From assembly GCA_963422365.1 (NCBI GenBank), contig OY729426.1, forward strand, positions 1,056,001 to 1,120,000: 64,000 bases of DNA, given 5' to 3'. Positions within the stretch are counted from its first letter, which is position 1. Every line of letters begins with the position of its first letter. Both the position numbers and the translations under genes were made by a program. Positions 1 to 11,669 of the stretch are shown piece after piece. The notes below the pieces were generated by a model, which saw only the letters and a program-made list of their open reading frames with translations, ran no database searches and had not been told where the DNA came from. Source of the stretch: Nitrospirales bacterium (GTDB taxonomy: Bacteria; Nitrospirota; Nitrospiria; Nitrospirales; UBA8639).

Positions 1-199
1 ATCTTAGGTAAGAAATAATTTTTCCTCGGCAGAGAAGAGATTTTGTAACGGCGAGATCGTGGGAGCATCCTGTCTTGAGCATATGTTGTCACGAGATGAC
101 GGTTTCTTGCTATCAGGAAAAATAATAAAAACCGTCTCGCCAACCTCCTCATGTTTTGCTTGTCTTACAACCCGTCAAGAGAGCGGGTAGCTCAGAATT

Positions 200-475
200 T
201 TAATAAAACGAAGCCCCCAACCCTTTCGTCCCCATTCCATCATGGGCCACGAGGCTGATTTCGTCTCCGTCGTGGACGTGGGTATCTTCGCTCGCCACTC
301 TTCGATTGACCGTTACCATCACCTTATGTTCTCGTAAGAGTCTTGTGACCTGTCGAAGTTTCCGCCCCTGCTGTTTAATAAGTTGTTTGACCGAAAGGGG
401 ATCTTCCAGTTCACAGGATAAATTTCGTTCGCCATCCGATGCTTCTAAATTTCCCATAAGGGTTATAGTGACCAT
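200..475 (-). CDS. MoaD/ThiS-like beta-grasp protein
   Basis: VMVTVN...VHDGDEISLV pattern; start placed at ATG 475; no terminal GG. Confidence 0.65.
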   Translation of the reverse strand: MVTITLMGNLEASDGERNLSCELEDPLSVKQLIKQQGRKLRQVTRLLREHKVMVTVNRRVASEDTHVHDGDEISLVAHDGMGTKGLGASFY

Positions 476-573
476 CAACAGCCTCTTTTCTTTCAACATG
501 ACCAAACGGTATAGCCAGAACGAACAGAGCCGCCTCTGTCATTCTGATCGAAGTGAACTGACTGGTGCAGGGA

Positions 574-1343
574 TCAGGGCAATGATACGCACGGGTGCGC
601 CGGTCCTCCCTGGATTTCAATCTTCAGCGCGTACACCATCGCTCCTCGTGGCGGAAGCTTTTCCAAAGAAGCCACGTTTTCTAGCGCATAACGATTGGCT
701 TTACTCAGCATCTGATGCGTGAGAAAATGCCTGGATTGCCCAGGGTCAATGTTGGCTGTGTCGAGTCCCACTCCCCGAATGTGCCGTTAGTGAATGAGAC
801 AGTCCATGGCCTCAGGAAAAAATCCTGGGAAATGGAAGGATAAGGAATCGGCGGGAGTGGGGCTTCCCACGTATTCGATTGTATTCGGCCACTTTTTGCC
901 ACGGCCGGTTCGGGGAAAAACCTAACGATTTGTGGGCTCGATGGCCCCATATGGAGCCTCCCACTGTTTGATGTCATTGACCGTGAGGGTATCGTCCTGA
1001 TTGTGCGCACAGGCCGATTGGCATCCATCACAATGGCTGAGCCCATAAGATGTTCAACGGGTATTTCGTCGAGGATTATTCCAGGCGATGCGAAGTGACT
1101 CGGTGCATCAAGGTGAGTCCCGCCGTGCTCCGATGCGGAAAACGTGCCGGAAGCATACCACCAATATCCACGTGAGGTCAGGCCCCGTGCGGTGTCATTA
1201 CGTGAAAAGTTCTTGTTATTGGGCCAACAAACAATGTGTTCGTCGAAGGTAGAGGTTAAGTCGAGAATCTGTGGAGGAGGAGTGGCGTGTCCCATCAATG
1301 GGAAAAGCATTGCCGACATGACAATGAGGCCCAGCCATTTCAT
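574..1343 (-). pseudogene. Cyclase / kynurenine formamidase-like family protein, frameshifted
   Basis: HGGTHLDAPSHF motif in ORF 705..1388; C-terminal GLDTANID...LENVASLEKLPPRG lies in another frame (574..771). Confidence 0.8.
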
Positions 1344-1517
1344 CCGGAACACTCGATGACAGCAACGCAGGGTTGATTTCATACGCAATCCTATCAGGAT
1401 TCAAATCCATCCGGCAATTTGGTGAAAGGTTGGTGGCGAGAATGAAGCTGTAAACCGTGCAGGTCAATCGGCGCATTGGCCAAAAGAGCAGAAATCAGTA
1501 TACTGAACCGATCGAAC

Positions 1518-1769
1518 ATGTGGCGCATCATTATCATTTTAATTCTTCTGATTGTTTTATTTTTGATGCTTCGAAAATCCTTTCGTGATTTTCGAAGCAA
1601 CCAATCCGCTGATTCCTCCTTGCCCTCCAAGGATATGATGGTTCAAGATCCTGTCTGCAAACTGTATATCACGGCGGGCTCTGCAGTGGTTGAAAAAATC
1701 GGAGGTCAGCGCTACCACTTTTGCAGCAGCGAGTGTGCCCATAAATTCAAAAGCTATATGTCCGGATAG
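1518..1769 (+). CDS. YHS-domain membrane protein
   Basis: N-terminal TM helix; MVQDPVCKLY...YHFCSSEC. Confidence 0.85.
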   Translation: MWRIIIILILLIVLFLMLRKSFRDFRSNQSADSSLPSKDMMVQDPVCKLYITAGSAVVEKIGGQRYHFCSSECAHKFKSYMSG

Positions 1770-1811
1770 GGCCGGAGAAGCAGGTCGAGAGCGCCGAGGG
1801 TGGGTAGGGTA

Positions 1812-2945
1812 TCAGGCAAGTGCCCCGCCGCAGGATGATCCGGCACCGGCCGTGCACCCATAACAATGTTGGCCGATGATAATCAAGCGCTGGCCCAAGG
1901 CCTCGAAATCAAATTCCGCTATCGTTTGTGGAAGGTTGCGGCTCACGGGCAAATCAAGCATCTGATTGAAATCGCAATCGTACAGCCGTCCATCCCATCC
2001 TACACTGAGTAAGCTTCGACACATCACGGTTTCGACCGAGTGCGGGTTGAAATTCTCGATGAGAAGGCTCATGTACGCTTCATACTTGCCTTGGGCGTAC
2101 AGATCGTTCAGAAAACGGTTAATGGGCATATTGGTGATGGCATACAGTTGATTGAACCTGATGCCGAAACGCGAGAGAAGCTCATCCTTATAGGCGGCCT
2201 CCAATTCCTGTTGGTTGGGAGGCAGGTCTGCTCCCAATGGGTTGTAGACGAGATTCAACACCAAACCCGTGCCTTCGTTTCCATATCCCCACGCATTCAA
2301 TTGCCGTAAGGCGGCGAGACTCCGTGCAAAGACCCCCTTGCCTCGTTGCTGATCCACGTTTTCCTCAAGATAGCAGGGTAAGGAGGCGATGATCTCTACT
2401 TGGTGATCAGCCAGAAATCGGGGAAGATGGGCTTTCCCTTTGACAAAAAAGACGGTCAAATTGCATCGGTCGAGAACCGTTCTCCCGAGGGCACGAGATT
2501 CTGAGACGAGATATTCAAAATACGGATTCATTTCCGGGGCCCCGCCGGTCATATCCACGGTGGTGATCTCAGGATGGCGTCGAAGAACCGTGAGAATGGT
2601 CTCCATCGTCTCACGGCTCATCATTTCTGTCCGGGAGGGTCCGGCGTCGACATGACAATGATGACAGGTTTGGTTACAGAGTTTCCCGACGTTCACTTGC
2701 AACGTGTGAATGGCCTTGGCACGTAGAGGGGGCACCTCATGTTCCGTGAGGGTTTGCGAAAAGAAACTGGGGAGCACAGGAATCGGTGTCATCCTTACCT
2801 GCGTCTCAGTGAATGAAAAGAGTTCCTCATGAGTCAACATTTGTAGCAAGGCCGGCGTCTGATGATCAAGTGGCTTCACGAACCCAGGGAAAATGGGGTA
2901 GTCTCGACCCCCTTGTATCTTGCAATACGGGAAGTCTTTTTTCAA
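1812..2945 (-). CDS. arsS: Radical SAM protein, ArsS/DUF3641 family (true start probably downstream of 2945)
   Basis: LQVNVGKLCNQTCHHCHVDAGP CxxxCxxC; C-terminal HCYGCTAGAGSSCGG. Confidence 0.85.
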   Translation of the reverse strand: MKKDFPYCKIQGGRDYPIFPGFVKPLDHQTPALLQMLTHEELFSFTETQVRMTPIPVLPSFFSQTLTEHEVPPLRAKAIHTLQVNVGKLCNQTCHHCHVDAGPSRTEMMSRETMETILTVLRRHPEITTVDMTGGAPEMNPYFEYLVSESRALGRTVLDRCNLTVFFVKGKAHLPRFLADHQVEIIASLPCYLEENVDQQRGKGVFARSLAALRQLNAWGYGNEGTGLVLNLVYNPLGADLPPNQQELEAAYKDELLSRFGIRFNQLYAITNMPINRFLNDLYAQGKYEAYMSLLIENFNPHSVETVMCRSLLSVGWDGRLYDCDFNQMLDLPVSRNLPQTIAEFDFEALGQRLIIIGQHCYGCTAGAGSSCGGALA

Positions 2946-3003
2946 AAGACACGGTGACCACCTCCATGACGAACAGGATGGCCAAGAGAGGCCGAACGTC
3001 TGA

Positions 3004-3762
3004 CTATTGTCGGAGGGTCAGTTCGCCGGCTGCCTCCTGGTCCACGAACCACGTCAGGGTCCCTGCCTGTGGCCGAATGATTTGAGCAGGGAGTACGTCG
3101 GGTTGAAAAGGCCCTTCAAGCACGGCATGGAGCGTTTTGGCTTTTGCATTGCCACAGATGAGAAACGTGACGTGTCGGGCATGATTGAGAAGAACCGGGG
3201 TGAAGGTGATCCGGGACGTCTGAAACGTTTCTACCCAAGGGGCGGCAACGAGCCGGCGCGTTTCATGAAGAGCCGGGGTGCCCGGGAACAGGGAAGCGGT
3301 ATGAGCGTCGGGTCCCATGCCCAACAGAATGAAATCGAAGCAAGGACTTTCTGGTTCGGAGACTTCGAATTGCTTGCGCAGCATGGCTTCATACTGGTCG
3401 GCAGCCGTGTGGACATCCGGGAGTTCGCTCGGCACACGATGAATTTGTGCCATGGAAATGGGCAGGTGGCTGAGGAGTGCTTCATGGGCCATTCGATAAT
3501 TACTGTCCGCATGATCCGGGGGGACGTGACGTTCATCTCCCCAAAAAAACCGGATTTTCGTCCAATCGAGTTGACTGTGGAAGGGTGGGGCGGCAAGCCT
3601 CGCATAGAGGCCTTGCGGGGTTGATCCTCCAGCAAGGGCGATGGTAAACGCGTTTCGTGCCGTGATGGCCTGACGCGCATGATGAACAAGGTGTTGTGCC
3701 GCGGCTTCCAGTAAAGATTGAGAAGTCGGGTAGATGTGGATGTTTCGTTCGGAAGCAGGCAT
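3004..3762 (-). CDS. pgl: 6-phosphogluconolactonase
   Basis: LAGGSTP, FWGDERHV, LLGMGPDAHTASLFP. Confidence 0.95.
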   Translation of the reverse strand: MPASERNIHIYPTSQSLLEAAAQHLVHHARQAITARNAFTIALAGGSTPQGLYARLAAPPFHSQLDWTKIRFFWGDERHVPPDHADSNYRMAHEALLSHLPISMAQIHRVPSELPDVHTAADQYEAMLRKQFEVSEPESPCFDFILLGMGPDAHTASLFPGTPALHETRRLVAAPWVETFQTSRITFTPVLLNHARHVTFLICGNAKAKTLHAVLEGPFQPDVLPAQIIRPQAGTLTWFVDQEAAGELTLRQ

Positions 3763-3799
3763 GCGAGAGCGTCAGGAAGGTGAAACAAGGGCAATGCGT

Positions 3800-4126
3800 T
3801 TAGCAGCCGGAATAGTCTGAATCTTCGAGTGTACCCTCCTTATTAAAGTCTAAACGAATTTGGCATTCAGCGGGGAGCGTCTCGAAAAGCGGGAGGGACG
3901 CTATGCCGCCGGTAAGGCGGAAATACACCCAGGTCTCTCCTCCAAAAAACTGCTTTGATTTGGCACTGGGCTTGCCCCAATTTTCTTCAAACCACGCTTG
4001 AGATTTCCCTCGGACCTCAGTGGGGATACGGGGGGCATCCTGATGAGGAGGAGCGCCACAGCTACCTAGAGTCAGACTGAGCGTACCGAGAACCAGAAAG
4101 CAAAGGAGCGACATCAGGGCCTTCAT
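3800..4126 (-). CDS. Hypothetical lipoprotein
   Basis: Signal peptide with LGSC lipobox after MKALMSLL. Confidence 0.6.
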   Translation of the reverse strand: MKALMSLLCFLVLGTLSLTLGSCGAPPHQDAPRIPTEVRGKSQAWFEENWGKPSAKSKQFFGGETWVYFRLTGGIASLPLFETLPAECQIRLDFNKEGTLEDSDYSGC

Positions 4127-4436
4127 AGTGTTTCGCCTGTGGGGTTGAGGGACATCTTGACTCAACTTCTCGTAAAAGAGGAGAAAGGCGCGTGCTGGAG
4201 GACCTTGATTTTTTGACTTCCCTGAAACGTCTGGCAAAATCGTAATCCCGTCGTGGTGTCTAGTCAAATGAAGAAATGGGGGGGGCTCTGAAAACATGTG
4301 GAGGTGTTTCGGATTGCCAACGTCAGACTGGCTCAATTAGAATGAGTAGCATCACGAATGATCATTGAGCAACGAGACAACATGAGATGATTGAGAAACC
4401 CTTCGTCTCCTAAAAATCTTGTGAGGGAGAAAATCG

Positions 4437-5099
4437 ATGAAAATCTACTTGGATACCGGCAGCGTCAAAGAAATTACCGAAGCCGCTCGCATGGGGATCG
4501 TGGATGGAGTCACCACAAACCCATCATTGGTCTCCAAAGAGGGGCGGGACTTGAAGGATGTAATTTTAGAAATTTGTCAGCTCGTCGATGGTCCGGTCAG
4601 CGCGGAGGTCGTGAGCCTTGAGGCCGAGGCCATGGTCAAGGAAGGTCGGGAGTTGGCCCGTATTCACCCAAATGTCGTGGTTAAGTGCCCGTTGATTCCA
4701 GAAGGACTCGCCGCAACCAAACGCTTGGCCAGCGAAGGCATTCGGGTGAATGTCACGTTGTGTTTTTCGCCGACTCAAGCCCTGCTGGCAGCCAAAGCCG
4801 GCGCGTGGTGCGTGTCGCCTTTTATCGGCCGTTTGGATGACGTAAGCAGTGACGGCATGGAACTCATCCGGCAAATCGTGACCATTTTTCACAATTACGA
4901 TTTTTCGACCTTGGTGCTTGTGGCAAGCGTGAGACATCCACAGCATGTGGTCGAAGCCGCTCTGGTAGGTGGTGACATTTGCACCATGCCCTATGGCGTC
5001 TTTCAACAATTGGTCACGCATCCGCTCACGGACATAGGACTCAACAAATTCTTAGCTGATTGGGAAGCCCAAAACGTGCTGAAAGGGGAACCCCGTTAG
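4437..5099 (+). CDS. tal: Transaldolase / fructose-6-phosphate aldolase family
   Basis: [29 protein letters not shown]. Confidence 0.93.
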   Translation: MKIYLDTGSVKEITEAARMGIVDGVTTNPSLVSKEGRDLKDVILEICQLVDGPVSAEVVSLEAEAMVKEGRELARIHPNVVVKCPLIPEGLAATKRLASEGIRVNVTLCFSPTQALLAAKAGAWCVSPFIGRLDDVSSDGMELIRQIVTIFHNYDFSTLVLVASVRHPQHVVEAALVGGDICTMPYGVFQQLVTHPLTDIGLNKFLADWEAQNVLKGEPR

Positions 5100-5788
5100 T
5101 GTATGCCGTCCACCAGTTGACGCGCGCGCCGAAACACGCGGTGAAACATGGGACGAGTGAGTTTTCCGGTAAAGGTATTTTGTTGGCTGGGGTGGTAGGA
5201 GCCTAACAGGGTGACTCCCCAGGGTGCAGAATAGATGGTTCCGTGCCCGAACTTTGGGGTGGGCTTGCCGATGGCTTGGCCTAGCGATCTGGCGGCTGTC
5301 AAATATTCGTCGAAGGCGATTTTCCCCAAGGCGACGATCACGGTGATTCGTTTCAACAAACGGAGTTCTGCGAGGACATAAGGCCGACACGTTGCAAACT
5401 CTTCTTTCGATGGTTTGTTGTCCGGTGGAGCGCAGCGTACGGCCGCGGCGACGTAACAATCCGTCAACTGCAACCCATCGCTCCGATGGGTGGACTCGGC
5501 CTGATTGGCGAATCCAAATCGAAACAGTGCCTCATAGAGCCAATCGCCACTTCGGTCACCGGTAAACACGCGTCCGGTCCGATTCCCGCCATGAGCCGCC
5601 GGAGCCAATCCAATGACGTAGAGCCTGGCACGGGGATCTCCAAATCCGGGAACGGGCCGCCCCCAATACTCCCACTCCTGAAATCGTTTCAACTTCGTGG
5701 CAGCGATGTCTCGACGGTAGGAGGTCAATCGTGGACAATGTGTGCAATCAGCGATGGTCTGGTGTAAAACGTTGAGGCTGCGCATCAT
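5096..5788 (-). CDS. Uracil-DNA glycosylase family 5 (UdgB-like)
   Basis: Cxx[28 protein letters not shown]. Confidence 0.92.
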   Translation of the reverse strand: MMRSLNVLHQTIADCTHCPRLTSYRRDIAATKLKRFQEWEYWGRPVPGFGDPRARLYVIGLAPAAHGGNRTGRVFTGDRSGDWLYEALFRFGFANQAESTHRSDGLQLTDCYVAAAVRCAPPDNKPSKEEFATCRPYVLAELRLLKRITVIVALGKIAFDEYLTAARSLGQAIGKPTPKFGHGTIYSAPWGVTLLGSYHPSQQNTFTGKLTRPMFHRVFRRARQLVDGIH

Positions 5789-5867
5789 AGGAATCGTACC
5801 ATAACTCACGATCGGCTTTTAAAGGCTTTCGTGTTTGAGCGAGAGATTTGCCCCTTCGCATCAAGAC

Positions 5868-5917
5868 AGATTCTTTCCTTCGCTTCACGAAGGACAAGTG
5901 CTGTGCTCAGAATGACA
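5868..5917. repeat. Partial copy of the GATTCTT...CTCAGAATGAC interspersed repeat
   Basis: Shares CTCAGAATGAC and AGATTCTT with the elements at 15665 and 43967. Confidence 0.5.
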
Positions 5918-5939
5918 AGAGGGCGACCACTGAAAGATG

Positions 5940-6249
5940 AAGGATAGGCTCAGGGCTGGCAACGGGAATCCGGAACAACAAGTCGGCAAACACATGCCAA
6001 TCCATATTCGAAGGGGTTCATATTTTTGTGATCGGGTTCGGCCCCGATGGCCCCGATGGTCCCACGGAGGTGGCAGGGGCTCTCGTGGATGGGCAGAGCA
6101 TTAGCCGAGCCCAGAAAAAATGGATGAGCCACGAAGCGGCGCTTCGAGAGAAGAACCGCTATCGTTTTTTCATCGGGCGGGCGGACACATCGTCACCGGA
6201 CCGACCGGTACGAATGGTGAACGACTGGTATAGGATTCTGGCCTTGTAA
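5940..6249 (+). pseudogene. Glycerate 2-kinase (MOFRL domain) C-terminal remnant
   Basis: GPDGPDGPTEVAGALVDG...VND resembles MOFRL GTDGxDGPTDAAGA...TNVND; N-terminus absent. Confidence 0.65.
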
Positions 6250-6268
6250 ACAATTTTTGACTGAAAGG

Positions 6269-6652
6269 ATGAGGATGTACGAAGCGCAAAAAATGGTTCG
6301 GAAGTTTCATACGGAGTTTGACATCCTCACAGCGGAGAGCCCCAGTGTGCCGGATGAGAAGACTGTGGCCTTGCGCGTGCGGCTTATTCAAGAAGAGTTT
6401 GACGAGTTGAAAGAGGCCATGAAAGCAGAGAATCTTCCTTGCATTGCAAAAGAACTCGCCGATCTTCTCTATGTCGTGTATGGCACGGCAGTCTCCTATG
6501 GGATCGACATGGAGCCGGTGTTCCGGGAAGTTCAGCGTTCCAACATGAGCAAGGTAGGCGGGTATAAACGAGACGATGGCAAGTGGGTCAAACCACCAAC
6601 CTACTCGCCGGCCGAGATTGAGCCCATTCTCGAAAGGCAACAAGGAGGATGA
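6269..6652 (+). CDS. MazG-like / PRA-PH nucleoside triphosphate pyrophosphohydrolase
   Basis: LIQEEFDEL, KELADLLYVVYG, VQRSNMSK, DGKWVKP. Confidence 0.88.
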   Translation: MRMYEAQKMVRKFHTEFDILTAESPSVPDEKTVALRVRLIQEEFDELKEAMKAENLPCIAKELADLLYVVYGTAVSYGIDMEPVFREVQRSNMSKVGGYKRDDGKWVKPPTYSPAEIEPILERQQGG

Positions 6653-6671
6653 AGACAAGGGTGCGGCTCTC

Positions 6672-7238
6672 TCATCGTCTAGGTCCCAACGCCTTCCGAA
6701 GGGGACGGTGCGTGTTCTCGTGAGTCAGTAAGGCTTCTTTAATGGAGAGTCCTCCGCCATAGCCGACAAGGTTCCCATTGCTTCCGATGACTCGATGACA
6801 GGGGACAATGATCGAAACGGGATTCTGCCCGTTCGCCGCTCCGACGGCGCGAACGGCCTTGGGCTTCCCAATGGCTTGCGCAATCTGCCCGTATGACAGC
6901 GTTTGTCCATAAGGGATGGACAGAAGGGCTTGCCAGACTTTTTGTTGAAACGGAGTTCCCTTCGGGGCAAGTTTGATCGTGAAGGTCTTCCGCTTCCCGA
7001 AAAAGTATTCTTTGAGTTGCTGAATAGGTTGCTGAAATGGTGTTTCGGAATAGGTCCACTGAGGATCTGGTTTGGTCGGCTGTCGGCCATCCTGAAACGA
7101 GAGATGCGTCAACGCGTGCGCATTCCCAGCTAAGAGTAACCTGCCAACGGGGCTCTGCATGACACAATAGGAAATCGCATCGCGTCGAGCGTGGCTTTTT
7201 ACAGAGAAGGATTTTTGATGAGTGATGGCTGAAGGCAT
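6672..7238 (-). CDS. ogt: Methylated-DNA--protein-cysteine methyltransferase
   Basis: GTPFQQKVW, IPYG, RAVG, VPCHRVIG. Confidence 0.93.
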   Translation of the reverse strand: MPSAITHQKSFSVKSHARRDAISYCVMQSPVGRLLLAGNAHALTHLSFQDGRQPTKPDPQWTYSETPFQQPIQQLKEYFFGKRKTFTIKLAPKGTPFQQKVWQALLSIPYGQTLSYGQIAQAIGKPKAVRAVGAANGQNPVSIIVPCHRVIGSNGNLVGYGGGLSIKEALLTHENTHRPLRKALGPRR

Positions 7239-7281
7239 GCTCACCGCCCCGTTAGACAGATGCCATTGTAGCATAGGCACG

Positions 7282-7959
7282 TTAACTCACCAAATTGCCG
7301 ACCGGGGAATGGTGAGAGAAGAAAAATTGGATCTCATTGCTCGTGTTAAAGAAATTTGGAATGAGGAGAAGGAATTGTTCGGTCAATTCCGGATCAAATC
7401 GTAGGCGGGAGCCCCCCTTGAGGACTTGGATGGCTTTCTCAAAGGGTTGTCCTTCTCCGTGAGGATGAGGAAAAGTCAATTGATCAAACGTGTCGGCAAT
7501 ACTCAGGATTCGGGATCCAAGCGGAATTAATGTTCCTCGAAGTCCATACGGATATCCATAGCCGTCCCATCGTTCATGATGGTGAGCAATCAAGACAGAG
7601 GCGGTAGTGAGGCTGGGCCATTGTTGAAGCATGGCGGCACCAATCCGAGGGTGGCATTGATGTTTCAGATCTTCTTGCGGCGATAAATTGGTGCCGGTCC
7701 GAAGGTGAAGCGGGAGAGAGAATTTCCCGAGATCGTGTAACAGGGCGGCATAGTGAAGCTGGAGAAGTTCTTGGGCTGATAACTCGACCGCATGTCCAAG
7801 GGCCAAGGAGAATTGAGCAGTCCGTTCGCAATGGCCGACGATAAGCGGATCCTGACTTTCCATGAGTTGTAGAAATCCTCGAACCAGACAACACGGGTTT
7901 TCTTTATTGTCGATGGGGGGAGAAGGTTGTCGGAGCGTAAGGGTATAGGAACCGTTCAT
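7282..7959 (-). CDS. HD-GYP domain phosphodiesterase
   Basis: LLHDLGK, HHERWDGYGYP, IADTFD. Confidence 0.9.
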   Translation of the reverse strand: MNGSYTLTLRQPSPPIDNKENPCCLVRGFLQLMESQDPLIVGHCERTAQFSLALGHAVELSAQELLQLHYAALLHDLGKFSLPLHLRTGTNLSPQEDLKHQCHPRIGAAMLQQWPSLTTASVLIAHHHERWDGYGYPYGLRGTLIPLGSRILSIADTFDQLTFPHPHGEGQPFEKAIQVLKGGSRLRFDPELTEQFLLLIPNFFNTSNEIQFFFSHHSPVGNLVS

Positions 7960-8072
7960 CGATGGATTCTCCTTTCGATTGATTCTGTTGCTGATCCAGA
8001 CAACTTGCCGGTTTTCTCAAATAAAAAAGTCCGGAGCGTTTTTTGCGATGCAGCTTCCTCAGTCTTCCAGCT

Positions 8073-8113
8073 TCTTATATAGTAATGATTGTGATAATCA
8101 TTACTATATAAGA
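8073..8113. promoter_or_regulatory. Perfect 18-bp inverted repeat (5-nt spacer), Fur-box-like core
   Basis: TCTTATATAGTAATGATT-gtgat-AATCATTACTATATAAGA in the divergent intergenic region. Confidence 0.55.
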
Positions 8114-8129
8114 TCGGTTCTGTCAATGA

Positions 8130-9270
8130 GTCTGGCAGGAACATGGGAAGCGCTTTCTCTGTTGACCACGGTCGGATTGTCGAAACGGGATTTCAGGTGA
8201 ATGAGGTCTCTTATACCGAACAAGGCTTTTCGCGTTTTTGTTCGAGCCAATTGGTCGGAAAGGGTACGTTTAATTTTGTCGATACCATCTACGTTACTCA
8301 GGAAGAAATTTCAGATCCTCTGAACCATCCGTATGGAGGAACGGTCTGGTCTTGGATGTGGAACGCCAGACCCTCCACGCGGTACCAACGATGGGGCGCG
8401 TGGAGGGAGAAAATATGACCCCGCTGTTAAGTCCGCACGATTCGGTGGCCCTCTTAATCGGAGACGATACGGTCCTGCAAATCCACAAGGTTGAGGCTTT
8501 TGGACAACAAACCGACCTTCACCCTTCCCCGGACCATCTTGTCACGGTGCTCTTATGGTTGTCTGTCGGTAAAAAAGATGCCTCGATGTTTGAAAGTCCG
8601 AGGGGCGATTCCATTCAATGTCGAACCGGCAAACACGACGTTTTTGAAACGGAACGGATTACGTGTAGGCCAATTGTATGACTTTGTTACAGAGCATGAT
8701 GTGCGAACGGTTACGCAATGTACCGGAACGGGCTCCACCCTCACGGGCATTTGGGGAAAAACGAGGTCTTGGACAGAACGAAGGCCGGAGAAAAGGGGTA
8801 TGACCCATTTGGCTATAAAACGGGCTTGACGCTTCGTCGAGAGGCGAAAGCCGGTGGGGCCTTTCAATTTTCTCGACCGGAAGATGTGAGCACGCATCCC
8901 TCCATCGGCACACAAGCGGTCTTGGCCTCGACAGGGTAGGATGCGGTGTTTCCCGGTCATGATGCGTGGGGGACCATTGACCAAATTGATGTCGATATGA
9001 GGAAGATGAAGGCCACGCTCAAAATTTTATACGATGGCGATGATGCCGGCGGTGCGCAATTTTCACACCCGACATGGGTATTCGCAGCCCGGACAACCTG
9101 GGTTGGGCGGAGGATGGATTTATCGACATCCAAGAGGACAATACGAAAAAACAATCGCCGCTTTTGGGGAGTCATTCAGGGCAAGAGGCTTCTCTGTGGC
9201 GTTTGGATCCTCTCACCGGTGAGGTGCAACAGATTGCTCAGATCGATCCTTGTGTTGCCGAATTGGGTCG
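8130..9270 (+). pseudogene. PhoX-like (DUF839) alkaline phosphatase, multiply frameshifted
   Basis: Fragments FSRFCS, TQEE, MGRVEGEN, FSRPEDVSTHP, SPDNLGW...IQED spread over several frames with stops. Confidence 0.7.
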
Positions 9271-10728
9271 TGCAGCAGCCTCGGGGCGAGACCGTTATGG
9301 GGCGGGGTACGGGTGGTGCCGTGGCGGACGAGCCGTACCGCTGGATATGAGCAAAAACGGAACTGACTGTCGCGCTCCTGAAGATGAAAGTTCTGCGATC
9401 TGCGAATCTGTCTTCAGACAACCACCGTGTGGCTTGCGGGGCCCAATCATGCCCCGCGAACACGATCAACACGACGATGAGCGCAGAACGACGGTTGGTA
9501 GCAGCCATGGCGTCCCCCACGAAATTTCTTCTTGCGTGGGTGCTCATGGGTTTTCTTCTCGATGTCGATGTTTGAGAACAGGGCTGCTGTCTCTTTCTTC
9601 GACTGCTCAGGGTCGTCCTGCCCGGCACGCTCTACCCAAGGTTCCGGGGTGGGGCTGGTGACCATCAACACCCTGCGCCAACAGGCAGGGCCAAGCCCTC
9701 CCTGAGCCTCGTGGATGGCGCGCCACGCAAACTCGCATTCCGCCTGGAACTCGCCCGCGACGGCGAGGATGAGGAGACTCGGACGGAATAAGATGAAGGA
9801 AGGCGGCTTGAGGGCCAACACCCACCTGTTCGATGAAGATGTCGCCCTAGACATCGAGGAAAACGTCGATGCCGGCGTGGACCCACCCTGAAAGCCCTCG
9901 CCCCGGTGCCGTAGGGCCGTACTGGCGGCAAATCCTGGCCTTGCCAACGCTGGCCCAGGTTTGCCTGCCATTCACTCCGCGGCGAGTATCCAGACGCCGC
10001 CAGCGCGGTCGCCCAGGCCAGACTCTACGCCTTGCACCGCTGCCGCACATCACCCTGTCCGGTACCCCGGCCCTCGCGGCCAAAGCCCGGCTTACCCTCT
10101 CTGGCTTCCGCGACAGCATCAATGACCGGCCCCCTTGATAAGACCTGGGATGCCGACCGTTGATTATTCTTGATACGCGGACACTGGTCTGGGTGGATGA
10201 AGGGAATACGCGATGAGGACTAAAATCCAGAAAGCGTATTGACAACAATTGAGTCACAAAGAAGCTGCGTCTCATTAAGAAGCAATAAGCTTCTGGGAAA
10301 TTGCCAGATTGATACAGAAAAAACGGCTCTCCCTTTCAAAACCCGTATCACAATGGATGCAAGACCGGTTGCAACAGGGCCTGAATGAAATCGCTGTAAC
10401 CGGCGGGATTGGGAGCATCGCATTGGAACTGGCAGATTTTTCATGGTGATCCTGCCGACTGCTTGATTATGGCAACGGCCATTGCAAATTCAGCGACCTT
10501 GGTGACCGCCGACCCAACCATCTTGAAGTGGAAAGGCAATCTGCAACGCCACGATGCTGGCACATAATCTTTCAACCTCGGTGTGTATCAAACCTGATGC
10601 GGCACAGGTGACAACATCAAACGGCACCTGTGCTCCTCGAACAGGACCATCAGACGCCATAAGCTTGGCGTGATTCCTCGACCCATTTTGTCTTGACGAT
10701 GACGTCCGGTTGTAGGAGCCTAGACTGC

Positions 10729-10979
10729 ATGAACGCGCTTGCATTCGACACACACAAGGCAGTCAAGGCCCTCAAGGAAGCCGGGGCCGATGAACGTTTG
10801 GCCGAAGCCTAGTCGCGACAGTCGGCGACGCCATGGGTGAGAACGTGGCCACGAAGGCCGATACCGTCGCTGTACGATCCGATATCGCCGTATTGGAAAC
10901 TCAACTTTACCGCCATCTTTGGGGCATGGCCGTCGGCATTGTCGGTCTCACGGTCGCGTTTGTGAAACTGACCACGTGA
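10729..10979 (+). pseudogene. DUF1640/CCDC90-like small coiled-coil membrane protein, frameshifted
   Basis: MNALAFDTHKAVKALKEAG..stop, then ATKAD...LWGMAVGIVGLTV in a shifted frame; RBS AGGAG. Confidence 0.65.
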
Positions 10980-11302
10980 CCGAAACACGCCTTTTTGAGA
11001 ACGACCTTTTCCGTGAAGCCAACGACCGACTCTGACCTAAACGGAGAACCGAATCCCGCCTTTCTGTATAGCACCGAGTCTGTCCTGAAGAGCGACCGTG
11101 CCAAACACATCGCCAAACAGGTAAAGAAAAAGCAAAAAACCGCGGTCGTCTTCGCTGCCCACAAGTTCATGGGGCAGAAGGAATTGACACAGATGGGAAT
11201 CTGTATTCTACGGCTTGCCGTATGCTATCCTGGGGCAGCAGAATCAGGACAATACTCATGACAGGATACTACGAACTGCTCCAGCGAGACTCACACCAAC
11301 CC

Positions 11303-11368
11303 GTAGGTCTGATTAGCTGAAGGTGCAATCCGACATCCCTGCCCCTTGTCGGCTTACGCTACGCCGAC
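11303..11368. repeat. Degenerate GTAG-family REP-like element
   Basis: GTAGGTCTGATTAGC...AATCCGAC...TGTCGGCTTACGC pattern. Confidence 0.4.
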
Positions 11369-11669
11369 TGACAGGACTAAGCCATATCTCAGCCAGGAAC
11401 CGAAAATGGACAACGAGAAAAAACGGATCGTAATTTTCCAGCCAAGCAGGCAGCAGTCTAACCTCGAAGAGATAAAAAGGAAGGAATGGAAAGAAAAATT
11501 CAGTCCACCATCGCCCGTGTCTGGGATAATGACGAGAATGTTGATCCTGTCGCCAGCACCCATCATCCGTTGCGCATACGACGGTCGCGGGCGCCCTGTG
11601 CTTGACCGTGACGTTATTGGCTCTCTTCCATCGCCTGCGTGGGGTCGTCGGTCGTTCGTCACTGGAGCC

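Noticed and set aside
9600..10140. GC-rich fragmentary coding-like segment
   Set aside because: Probably a gene remnant, but I cannot assign a family or reading frame.
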